Shown here: positions 9,032 to 17,234 of the stretch, piece after piece | Layout of the letters: every line of letters starts with the position of its first letter | How positions within the stretch are numbered: position 1 is the stretch's first letter | Source of the DNA: Candidatus Iainarchaeum sp. | Lineage (GTDB): Archaea > Iainarchaeota > Iainarchaeia > Iainarchaeales > Iainarchaeaceae | Direction of reading: 5' to 3' | Assembly (NCBI GenBank): GCA_043812975.1 | Contig: JBDRLP010000060.1 | Coordinates: 1 to 24,766 of the forward strand | DNA: 24,766 nucleotides | Made by a program: the position numbers and the translations under genes | The notes under the pieces: generated by a model | The model's input: the letters and a program-made list of their open reading frames with translations, nothing else | Database searches by the model: none | What the model was told of the DNA's origin: nothing

Positions 9032-9063
9032 TTTAAATATGTATAATTATGTTTAATTATACA
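9032..9063 (+). promoter_or_regulatory. TATA box and probable autoregulatory operator of the vapBC pair
   Basis: TTTAAATA (9032-9039) followed by a perfect 10-bp inverted repeat TGTATAATTA-TGTT-TAATTATACA (9040-9063). Confidence 0.65.
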
Positions 9064-9074
9064 AGTGGTTTTTG

Positions 9075-9299
9075 ATGACTGAGATAACTGTTATTACCAG
9101 AAAGTGGGGCAACAGCATCGGGGTTTCTTTTTCAAGCGATTTTGTGAAGGAGAAGAATATTGGCCCCAACCAGAAGCTGAGGATTGAGGTTAAGGATGAG
9201 GTGAAAAGACCGTTGCCCACGGTATTCGGTTCCCTCAGAGGATGGAAACTTGATGCTCAGAAACTCAAGAACAGGTTGAGAGAGGAAAGTGAGTGGTGA
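9075..9299 (+). CDS. vapB: AbrB/MazE-type antitoxin
   Basis: TRKWGNSIGV swapped-hairpin motif; 74 aa; directly precedes a PIN gene. Confidence 0.85.
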   Translation: MTEITVITRKWGNSIGVSFSSDFVKEKNIGPNQKLRIEVKDEVKRPLPTVFGSLRGWKLDAQKLKNRLREESEW

Positions 9300-9659
9300 A
9301 TGTATTTTTTCGACACTTACGCACTTATTGAACTCGTGAAGGGCAATCCAGTCTATGCAGATTACGCGGGCAAACCCATTTACACAAGCATCTTCAATTT
9401 GTACGAGTTCTTTTACTCTGTTTTGGCGGAGTTCGGCGAGAAAAAGGCTAGGAAGGAAACACAGAGCCTCAATGCCAATATTATTTCTTTGAATCTGAAG
9501 GACATTGCACAGGCTTCAAAATTCAGGTTTGAAAACAGGAAGAAAAAGCTTTCTTATGCTGGTGCACTAGGCTATGTACTGGCAAAAAGCAGGGATTTGG
9601 TATTTTTGACAGGCGACATGCAGTTCGAGAAAATGAAGAATGTGGAATACGTGAAATAA
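9300..9659 (+). CDS. vapC: PIN-domain toxin, one conserved Asp replaced by Gly
   Basis: FFDTYALIE, NLYE, LSYAGALGY (normally LSYADxxGY), LTGDMQF. Confidence 0.85.
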   Translation: MYFFDTYALIELVKGNPVYADYAGKPIYTSIFNLYEFFYSVLAEFGEKKARKETQSLNANIISLNLKDIAQASKFRFENRKKKLSYAGALGYVLAKSRDLVFLTGDMQFEKMKNVEYVK

Positions 9660-9673
9660 AACTTTCGCCAAAA

Positions 9674-9689
9674 AACTTTTTGGTTGATT
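9674..9689 (+). repeat. 16-bp direct repeat AACTTTTTGGTTGATT, identical to 8988-9003 and bracketing vapBC
   Basis: Exact match read directly from the sequence. Confidence 0.8.
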
Positions 9690-9699
9690 CTTGCGGTTT

Positions 9700-10056
9700 T
9701 TACGGCCTTTTTTTGCCTTTGAACCTTTTATCGTATTTTTTGTGTGTTTCTATTATAAGGATAAAACAAAATATTTCTATTTCGTGCCTTCTGATTGTGT
9801 AGAGCATCCTCCAGAATTTGGCCAGCCTGATTTTGAACAGGTTGTCCACATCCATGTCTTTAGGAATGTCCTTTTTCTTAACCACTTCTCCGTAAAGTGG
9901 GTCCTGTTTGAGTAGTTCCAGTTTTTCGTCTATTGATTTTAGGAGTGTCTGATTTTCAGAGCCCTTTATGCCTTTTGCTTTTTCCACTTTAACTATTTCT
10001 TTCAATTTTTCGTATTCTTCTCTGGCCTGGTCAATTAGCCTTATTCTTGCTTTCAC
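9700..10056 (-). CDS. RelE/HigB-like toxin (putative)
   Basis: Basic 118 aa; LKQDPLYGE...NLFKIRLAKFWRMLYTI...THKKYDK resembles the RelE fold; GTGA overlap with the upstream partner. Confidence 0.6.
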   Translation of the reverse strand: MKARIRLIDQAREEYEKLKEIVKVEKAKGIKGSENQTLLKSIDEKLELLKQDPLYGEVVKKKDIPKDMDVDNLFKIRLAKFWRMLYTIRRHEIEIFCFILIIETHKKYDKRFKGKKRP

Positions 10057-10322
10057 GCCTCGACACTTTCCTCTAAAAGTTTTCTCATTTTCTGAGGGGG
10101 CGTATACGTCCAGATTATTCCTTTTTTGGAGTCCAAAACCATTCCTCTTTGCCCCATGTATTCTATTATAATGTTGAGCGTGGGACGCATTATTTTGTTG
10201 TCCGACCTTTTGATTATTTCATATCTGCTTAAAGGCTCTCTGGCCTTTTTGAGTATTCCCTCAATCATGAGAACTGTTTTAAGTGTTGGATAATGCATAA
10301 CCTGATTTGTTCTTGAAACCAC
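10053..10322 (-). CDS. Small winged-helix protein, probable antitoxin or regulator
   Basis: YPTLKTVLMIEGILKKAREPLSRYEII...TLNIIIEYM..RGMV wHTH-like pattern; GGTGA upstream of GTG; coupled to the RelE-like gene. Confidence 0.6.
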   Translation of the reverse strand: MVSRTNQVMHYPTLKTVLMIEGILKKAREPLSRYEIIKRSDNKIMRPTLNIIIEYMGQRGMVLDSKKGIIWTYTPPQKMRKLLEESVEA

Positions 10323-10333
10323 AAAATCACCAT

Positions 10334-10359
10334 ATAAACTTATTACGTAATAAACTTAT
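10334..10359. promoter_or_regulatory. Probable operator of the wHTH/RelE pair
   Basis: Perfect 14-bp palindrome TTATTACGTAATAA (10340-10353) overlapping the direct repeat ATAAACTTAT (10334-10343, 10350-10359). Confidence 0.5.
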
Positions 10360-10392
10360 ATTCTAATGTGTTTTAAATCTTTCCTTTTGGTT

Positions 10393-13300
10393 TTAGGGGG
10401 CGTGGTTCAGCACTATTTGCACGTCCACTGCGGTTATGACTCCGTCCCCGTCCACGTCAGAGCATGGATTTGAAGCGTAAGGCTCTATTCCAAGGGCTGC
10501 TTTTGTAATGTAATCCACATCCGCGGAATCAACTATCAGGTCATTGTTAATGTCCCCGAGTACAGAACTGCAAATTGACTCGTTGGAGCAAACGCTACTG
10601 GTTTTCCCCGGATTGGTGCATGAATCCTCTGTTTTTGGGTTTGAATCATCACAATCCGCATCTGTGAGGCAGGCAATTGTTTCATGCAAGCAAGATGCAT
10701 GAGCGGTTCCGCCTTCAGCACATGAATCCAATGTATAATCATTGCTGTCTGCACAGTCAATGTCGTTCATGCAGGCTATTTTCTGGTGCAGGCACTGGGA
10801 AGACACTAGTCCGGGGTTTTCACAGTAATCAATCGTGTACTCGCTGGAATCAGCACAGTCCGCATTGCTTATGCATGCTATTGCCTCGTAGGAGCAGGTC
10901 GCATTCCTGCTTCCGGGTTCGATACATGAGTCATGTGAATAGGGGTCAGAGTCATCACAATCAAGGTCGCTGAAACAGGCAATGTCATAATAATTGCATA
11001 AAGATTCTGTTGTTCCCGGATTTGTGCAGGTATCTTCAGTTGCCGGGTTATTGTCGTTGCAGTCTGTGTTTGTGAAGCAAGCTATTTGAGAATACTGGCA
11101 GGATGAATTAACCGTGCCCGGATTTGCACAAGTGTCTTTTGTGTAATTGTTTCCATCATTGCAGTCTGTGTTGGTGTTGCAGGCAAATATTTCGTTCTGG
11201 CATACTGATTCAGGCGTGCCAGGGTTTATGCAGGAATCTATTGTGAAATCGTTGGCATCATTACATTCGTTGTCATTGAAGCAGATTATTGTTTTGTTTT
11301 CGCAGTAAGAGTCAGGTGTTACAGGGTTAATACAATTGTCCTGTGTGTAATTGTCTGCGTCGTCACAGTCAGTGTTGTTAAGGCAGGTGATTTGCTGATA
11401 ACTGCATTGTGATTCTGGTGTTCCGGGTTCTAGGCAGATATCTTCGGTATAATCGTTTGAGTCATCACAATCGGTATTAGTATAACAGGCAACAGGAAGA
11501 GGAGTTATCAAAATAATCCATGTTTGTTCATTGGATAATTTCCCGTCAGATAAAACCACTTTTACATCAAACTGGCCTGTTGTTCCGACAGAAGATGTAA
11601 AAGTGTAATTGTTCCCTGTTCCTGATTCAACACCATCCACAAACCACGTGTAGATTAAGTTATCTCCGTCAATATCTGTTCCTGTTGCGTTAAAATCCTG
11701 GTTTTCTCCTTCGGTTATTGAAGGATTAGTTTCAGGGATAAATTCAGTTATTTCAGGTGCTGAATTAATGTGCTCTATATTTAATGTAAAATTTTGGGTT
11801 GTTTCAAGCAAACCATCAGAAACAGTTATTGTAATAATGTGAGTTCCCGCAACAATTTTTGTCGGAGTAAATGAAATTAATCCTGTGTTTATATTAATAT
11901 CAAACAATTCTGTATCATCAGAAAAAGTTAGTTGGTCTTCTTCAAAATCAGTTGCATTAATCTGTAAGCTGAAAGGTTCGTTTGTAATAGTAAACTGTTC
12001 CCCTATTGTGTCAATAATTGGAGGATTATTTGTGTGCACATCAAACTCGTAACCTATTTGTGAAACTTCTATTATTCCTCCTGAAGCAGTAATGAATTTT
12101 ACCGGCACGAGTACATTGTTGTCTTCGGACGGCAAAGTTCCAAGGTAAGTGTTTATTGCATCAGTAATATCAAGTTCCTGATTAAATCCATTTGTTTGTG
12201 TGAAATTGAAAATTTCAGTGTCGCCAACTATTATTCTGGGGTTGTCCGGCATTCCGACATTACTGATACAAATTTCAGTAGAATATATTCTCGGGGTTTT
12301 TCCTTCGTGTGCTGTATTCAACACTGCTTTCCAGTTGAACTTGTCCCCTATTTGATTGATTGGAATTTCTATTGTTTGTCCTTTGGATATTGACTGCCAG
12401 TTTATTCCATCAGGAGTAATATAATAATCAATGTTCTGCCCCTGTAGATTTTCATTTGCTGAAAAAGAAATTGTTTTTGTTTTGAATGGGATTTCTCCAA
12501 GGTAAAGTTCTTTTCCTGTCTTAAATTGTTGCATGTATATTTTGTGTGCAGCCTGCATATTACCTATTCCTCCAAAATGCCCCATGATATTACTGTAACT
12601 TTGGTTGTTTACATTGAAGTTTATGGTTTGTTCTGTTGGTTCCCATGTACAAAAATCAGGAATTTTGTTATCACTCATTGGTTGTTTGAAACTGCTTCCA
12701 AACCATCCGCCTTGTACTTGACATTGGGATTTTAAATTATCTGTATAAGTCCATGGAGCTCCGCTACTGCATGCTGTGCTCATTTCAAATAACCATTCAG
12801 TATTATTGCAGTAAGCATTGATTTGTATTGCACTAGCTATTCCTCTGTGTTGCGGGGTAAAGTGGAAGGCTCCAAATCCTACTTGATCGGATGTTACGGT
12901 CATTTCAGTGGATAAGAACTGCGGTCCAAGTGGAAGCCCTATAAACTTTTGGTTCCCGTCCGCAAAAATGTATTTTTGCGTTGTAGACTTTGTCTGGTCG
13001 AATGTATTATATGCATTATAACATTGGGTTGTTTTTGTATCTCCTCTGATTTTTAAGTAGGCGTTTTGTACTATTGCTTTTCTTGGGATTTCTGTGTGAA
13101 GTGTCTGTTCTCCTGCTGTTTCAAATTTTAGCAATGCTTTATTTTCATTAGTGTCAAATGTTTCCTTGAAATCACATGAACCATAAGTTCGATTAACGTC
13201 CTGTGTTGAACAGTAAGCATAATAGGTTCCTGAATTTACACAAACAGGATTTATTTCTCTTGAAAATAAAACATTATTTTCACAAACCCTTGGTTCAACA

Positions 13301-16131
13301 CTGACAACATTTCCGCAGTCAAAATCAACAAAGCACTCTATTTTTGGAGCGCCTATTTCTATTGTAATATTTTTTTCTGTGTTTGTAATTCCATCATCAG
13401 CGGTTATGGTAATAATGTGTATTCCTTCATCCGCTTCTGTTGTCTGCCATTCTCTGCTTGTTGAAAACGGTTCACTGATTGTTGTTTCGAGGAAATCGTT
13501 GTCCGCATCCAGAATGGTGTAGTCCAGTGTTATTGTGTCATACGCATCTGCATAAATGTATGATGGTGCAATTATCTGTGGCGGATTGTTTCCTGAAAAA
13601 GAAATTTTTGATATTTTTGACTTGTTTTCATAACTTGTTTCCAATAATAATTCGTAGTTTGCGTTGTAATCGTCAAATCCTTCAAGAGTTATTTCTTGTT
13701 TTGAATTTCCTTTCGGAATGCTTTTGTCGAATTCATCATCGCTCAAGAATTCATTATCTTTCAATAAAATGTATTTTGACCCTGCTTCGAGGGTTTTTCC
13801 TTTGTTCTCAAAGTTTGCGTTTATGACTGTTGTTCCGCGTGCGGATTCATCAAAATCTCTTACTATTTCTTTTATTATTAGGTATGATTTTGCAGTATAG
13901 TTTGTTTTGTATCCGTTATCTTCTTGCGGATTGTTTTTGGCTATTTGTTCTGAAAATATTGTTATTTGATTTCCTGAACTTCTGTCGCCATCAATTAGTT
14001 TTATGTAGCTGTAGTTGCTTCCTGAAACGTTTCTTGAACTGTAATTAAAACCAGCTTCTGATTTCGAATAAATGTAAAAACCCAGGTTTTCCTTGTTCCA
14101 GTTTGTCAGAGTTGCATAACTCCACGGTTCTTCGTTTTTTCTCCATCTTATTTTGTTGTCGTCTACTTTTTCAAGTTCGATTGTATAGCCCATAGGGGTG
14201 AGGTAATGGGTATATCCTCCGTTGTATGATTCATATAATTCCTGGTATGAATCTGGGTGAATAATCAGTTTTATTGGAAGGTCGTTTATTGAGAATCTTT
14301 TTTCCGGCAGGCTTACAAATGAAAATGATGCTCCGCTGCTTTGGTCATAAGTGGTTTCTCCTGTAGCCCGTGCTTCAGTATTTATATACATTCCTCCTTC
14401 CCCTATACCAAAGTTTCCTTGTCCGGGTGTGCTCCCTGCCGAATTTGACAGATATGTCTCAACGTCCCATGTATCTCTTATATGGTCTGGAAACGGCGTG
14501 TAAAAATATTCTTTCGACCCATCAAATTCCAAATCAACTTTCAATATCTCCGCGTTCACTTTAAAATTTGTCCTAGTTTTTTCTTCCCCATTTTCCTCAA
14601 ACTCAACTTCATAATCGTAAAACCCTTCTTCTTTTCCGATTTGGAATGAAAGCAATTCTATTTTTTGGGAGCCGCCCTCAAGGCTTATTTGTTGTTCAAC
14701 TATTGTGTTGTTGTCTTTTATTCTGAGTGTTCCGCTTACATGGTTTGGCGTGATGTTTTCAATCAATATTTTTGGCTGTATCCAGTCGTTTGGAAAGTAT
14801 TCTGTTTCAGTTTTAACTTCTTTTATTAAAATTGGCGAATAAGGAGTATAATCAACTCCGATTTCGATATTTCGATATAATTTGAATATTCCCTGTGAAC
14901 AATCAACTATTTCTATTGGGTTGATTTGTATTACAATTTTTTCTTTATCTTCTGTGTAGAGTTGTGAGAACTCTGCTTTTGATTCTTTTGTGTTTTGCAC
15001 GCAGGTTCTTTTCACAAGGCCGTTGTCCCATTCCGGAATATTTGCTGTTATTGTAACAGGATTTGATTTGGAGGTTACATTCACTTCCCTTATTATTGTT
15101 CCAAGCGGGAATTCTATTTCTGTTGTTGCATAAGGAAGAATTTCTTTTGCAATTGAAAGTTCTTGTATCGTTCCGTTAATATCTATTATTTCAAATCCAT
15201 TTTCCTCTTCAATCGTATAATCAGAGAAGTCCATTAGTATTTGTTTTGCGTAAATTGTTTCTGTTCCCTGTGCCTTGAATCCAAGGGATTGGGCAAACGG
15301 GAACACATTGTATTCCGCGAGGTTTCCGCATACTTTTTCAAGTTCTTTTTGGGTCAAAGTTGTTCCTGTAATATCCAAATAGGGTGCTCCGTAAAGCGAA
15401 TAATCGCTTATTATTGCCTGTTGCCCTCCTGTTCCGAATTCCCTTAAATTGTTTCTTGCGTTTCTGAACCTGTCCCCAAGAGTTGAGAATTTGTAGTACT
15501 GGTTTGTGCCAAAATTACTGTCATTCAATGCTAAAGAACAAACAATCGATTTTAAGAGCGTTGAGTTTGCTTTTCCGTTTGTTGCTATTAAAGCCCCTGC
15601 TTTTCCGCTTAGTTGTGAGGAAAAACTCTGATTTTTTCCCATTGTGGGCAGATAAGTTCCTGCGTAATCTATATCTGTTATTACAAGATTTCCTCCTGAG
15701 ATTGTTTCATCTAGCTGTATTTCTTCCAGATATTTGCTTCTGGTTTGAATTTTGCTGTTTTCTATTTTTCCGCCTGTCTGCACTATGAGCATTTTGTCTG
15801 CCGGAATGTTTTCTATTTCACTGAATCTCCAGTTGCTTGTTGCTTGTGCGTTTGCCCCGTATGTTTTTTCTAGTACGCTTCTTATTTGTTCTTCTGTGCT
15901 TTGCAATGCTATTGGTTTTGAAAACAATGGCAATCCTAAGGATTTATCAGTGTAATAGTTTGCTCCGTTGATGCCAATTTCTGTGTATTCAAGTGCATCT
16001 TCTATTTCTTTCATCGAGTCTCCCTGAATCCTTCCAACAGCCGCGGTTTCAAAATCCATTGGCAAAGCCATTGTTATTGAAGAAATCATCAGCGCGAAAA
16101 GCGCAACCAAAATTGTTTTTTGTGTATTCAA
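10393..16131 (-). CDS. Giant secreted multidomain protein: degenerate C25-like region, C25-propeptide-like domain, Ig/cadherin-like domains, Cys repeats, C-terminal dockerin
   Basis: Signal peptide MNTQKTILVALFALMISSITMA; GAGGTGG before TTG; NNPP/NSAP...DxDxDxL Ig-like units; dockerin GDINNDLIVDSADV...DVDGDGVITAVDV. Confidence 0.85.
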   Translation of the reverse strand: MNTQKTILVALFALMISSITMALPMDFETAAVGRIQGDSMKEIEDALEYTEIGINGANYYTDKSLGLPLFSKPIALQSTEEQIRSVLEKTYGANAQATSNWRFSEIENIPADKMLIVQTGGKIENSKIQTRSKYLEEIQLDETISGGNLVITDIDYAGTYLPTMGKNQSFSSQLSGKAGALIATNGKANSTLLKSIVCSLALNDSNFGTNQYYKFSTLGDRFRNARNNLREFGTGGQQAIISDYSLYGAPYLDITGTTLTQKELEKVCGNLAEYNVFPFAQSLGFKAQGTETIYAKQILMDFSDYTIEEENGFEIIDINGTIQELSIAKEILPYATTEIEFPLGTIIREVNVTSKSNPVTITANIPEWDNGLVKRTCVQNTKESKAEFSQLYTEDKEKIVIQINPIEIVDCSQGIFKLYRNIEIGVDYTPYSPILIKEVKTETEYFPNDWIQPKILIENITPNHVSGTLRIKDNNTIVEQQISLEGGSQKIELLSFQIGKEEGFYDYEVEFEENGEEKTRTNFKVNAEILKVDLEFDGSKEYFYTPFPDHIRDTWDVETYLSNSAGSTPGQGNFGIGEGGMYINTEARATGETTYDQSSGASFSFVSLPEKRFSINDLPIKLIIHPDSYQELYESYNGGYTHYLTPMGYTIELEKVDDNKIRWRKNEEPWSYATLTNWNKENLGFYIYSKSEAGFNYSSRNVSGSNYSYIKLIDGDRSSGNQITIFSEQIAKNNPQEDNGYKTNYTAKSYLIIKEIVRDFDESARGTTVINANFENKGKTLEAGSKYILLKDNEFLSDDEFDKSIPKGNSKQEITLEGFDDYNANYELLLETSYENKSKISKISFSGNNPPQIIAPSYIYADAYDTITLDYTILDADNDFLETTISEPFSTSREWQTTEADEGIHIITITADDGITNTEKNITIEIGAPKIECFVDFDCGNVVSVEPRVCENNVLFSREINPVCVNSGTYYAYCSTQDVNRTYGSCDFKETFDTNENKALLKFETAGEQTLHTEIPRKAIVQNAYLKIRGDTKTTQCYNAYNTFDQTKSTTQKYIFADGNQKFIGLPLGPQFLSTEMTVTSDQVGFGAFHFTPQHRGIASAIQINAYCNNTEWLFEMSTACSSGAPWTYTDNLKSQCQVQGGWFGSSFKQPMSDNKIPDFCTWEPTEQTINFNVNNQSYSNIMGHFGGIGNMQAAHKIYMQQFKTGKELYLGEIPFKTKTISFSANENLQGQNIDYYITPDGINWQSISKGQTIEIPINQIGDKFNWKAVLNTAHEGKTPRIYSTEICISNVGMPDNPRIIVGDTEIFNFTQTNGFNQELDITDAINTYLGTLPSEDNNVLVPVKFITASGGIIEVSQIGYEFDVHTNNPPIIDTIGEQFTITNEPFSLQINATDFEEDQLTFSDDTELFDININTGLISFTPTKIVAGTHIITITVSDGLLETTQNFTLNIEHINSAPEITEFIPETNPSITEGENQDFNATGTDIDGDNLIYTWFVDGVESGTGNNYTFTSSVGTTGQFDVKVVLSDGKLSNEQTWIILITPLPVACYTNTDCDDSNDYTEDICLEPGTPESQCSYQQITCLNNTDCDDADNYTQDNCINPVTPDSYCENKTIICFNDNECNDANDFTIDSCINPGTPESVCQNEIFACNTNTDCNDGNNYTKDTCANPGTVNSSCQYSQIACFTNTDCNDNNPATEDTCTNPGTTESLCNYYDIACFSDLDCDDSDPYSHDSCIEPGSRNATCSYEAIACISNADCADSSEYTIDYCENPGLVSSQCLHQKIACMNDIDCADSNDYTLDSCAEGGTAHASCLHETIACLTDADCDDSNPKTEDSCTNPGKTSSVCSNESICSSVLGDINNDLIVDSADVDYITKAALGIEPYASNPCSDVDGDGVITAVDVQIVLNHAP
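10576..11493 (-). repeat. Nine tandem 34-aa (102-bp) Cys-rich coding repeats
   Basis: Consensus IACxxxxDCxDxNxYTxDxCxNPGTxxSxCxxxx, nine units counted from VACYTNTDC to SVCSNES. Confidence 0.9.
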
Positions 16132-16154
16132 GGTCCCACCTCAGATTTTAAAAA

Positions 16155-16649
16155 TTATTTATTGTAATCCTCCTTTGGTAGTTTTATAACGTAAGTTTTT
16201 GCTGCCTTGTCGTGTATGCCTTGTTTTTTTGAGTCAAAAATTATCCATAAGTGCACAAACTTGAACACAACCAAGAAAAATTCCTCTATTATCCATCGCA
16301 CTGTGGCATCTTTCCAACTCAGTTTTTTTCCGTTGGTCTTAACAACTTTCAAGTTCATCCACTTCTTGCCGTAAGTTTGTCCTGTTTTTTTGTAAAAATA
16401 AATAAAATACGCTTGAGTAAAAATCAGCCAAAGAATGACTACTATTGGCCATATGATTTCCCAAACATTTTCCGCTATTTCACCTATTTCTGGGTTGATG
16501 TTTTGTAATCCATTAACTATTCCTGCAAATGAGATTCCTAAAATGAAAAGTACTCCAAATACAATAATAAAATCCAGAGCAAGGGCAACTAGCCTTTCCA
16601 GAAACCCGCCGTATTTGGCTTGGGGTGTTTTTCCATTATTTTCATTCAT
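16155..16649 (-). CDS. RDD-family membrane protein
   Basis: YGGFLERLVALALD, GQTYGKKWMNLKVV, KKQGIHDKAAKTYV signature motifs. Confidence 0.92.
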   Translation of the reverse strand: MNENNGKTPQAKYGGFLERLVALALDFIIVFGVLFILGISFAGIVNGLQNINPEIGEIAENVWEIIWPIVVILWLIFTQAYFIYFYKKTGQTYGKKWMNLKVVKTNGKKLSWKDATVRWIIEEFFLVVFKFVHLWIIFDSKKQGIHDKAAKTYVIKLPKEDYNK

Positions 16650-16717
16650 TATTCTTCACACGCCTCAATTTCTTCAACAGTTATTCCATTATTTCCTTCA
16701 AGAATTTCTTTTTTCAT
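16649..16717 (-). CDS. 22-aa micro-ORF or internally deleted gene remnant
   Basis: MKKEILEGNNGITVEEIEACEE*; ATGA overlap with the upstream stop and TAATG overlap with the RDD start. Confidence 0.45.
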   Translation of the reverse strand: MKKEILEGNNGITVEEIEACEE

Positions 16718-17229
16718 TTTTTCACATCCTTTAAACCAGGAACATTTTTTGCTTCGAGGACTTCAATATCAACTAAGTATGCGCCTGCTCTCCAATCATC
16801 ACCATAAGGTGTACTAGCAGTTTCAATCCTCAATACATCTAAATCTTTGTTAATTGCAATTCTTCCAGTAATCTTCTGAGTATCGCCTTTGAATCTTTTA
16901 ACATACTCTTTTGCAGTGATTTTTTGAGTTGTGCCAAAGTCTATGTATTCATTTTCATTCAATACTTTATTTTGTATAAAATGTAATTTTATAGGAATAA
17001 TCTTGAAGCTCTTCTTCGTCCTTACATTAGTAAGGCTTTTTGAGAAGCGTTCTCCAGAGGGTGGTGGAGCATACTCGTATAATTCAATGTCATTGAAATA
17101 CTGAATTTTTCCAGTTAGTTTTATTTTGTACCGAGAGATTAAATTCATAAAACCTGATACGTTTCCATCTTTATCTATTTCAATTTTGAATTCTTTCAGA
17201 ACTTTATGCTTTCCTAATGAAATGGTCAT
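16714..17229 (-). CDS. Hypothetical soluble protein, candidate immunity protein
   Basis: 171 aa; starts 5 nt after the subtilase stop, with GGAGG upstream; no recognisable family. Confidence 0.65.
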   Translation of the reverse strand: MTISLGKHKVLKEFKIEIDKDGNVSGFMNLISRYKIKLTGKIQYFNDIELYEYAPPPSGERFSKSLTNVRTKKSFKIIPIKLHFIQNKVLNENEYIDFGTTQKITAKEYVKRFKGDTQKITGRIAINKDLDVLRIETASTPYGDDWRAGAYLVDIEVLEAKNVPGLKDVKK

Positions 17230-17234
17230 ATTTA

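Noticed and set aside
10576..11493. Periodic sequence as a CRISPR array or DGR repeat
   Set aside because: In-frame 102-bp degenerate coding repeats; no identical repeats with spacers, and no cas or reverse transcriptase gene.
3878..14540. Isolated half-sites AATCAAC/GTTGATT (e.g. 3878, 4771, 10527, 14532)
   Set aside because: AT-rich 7-mers without a partner arm, mostly in coding sequence; consistent with chance.
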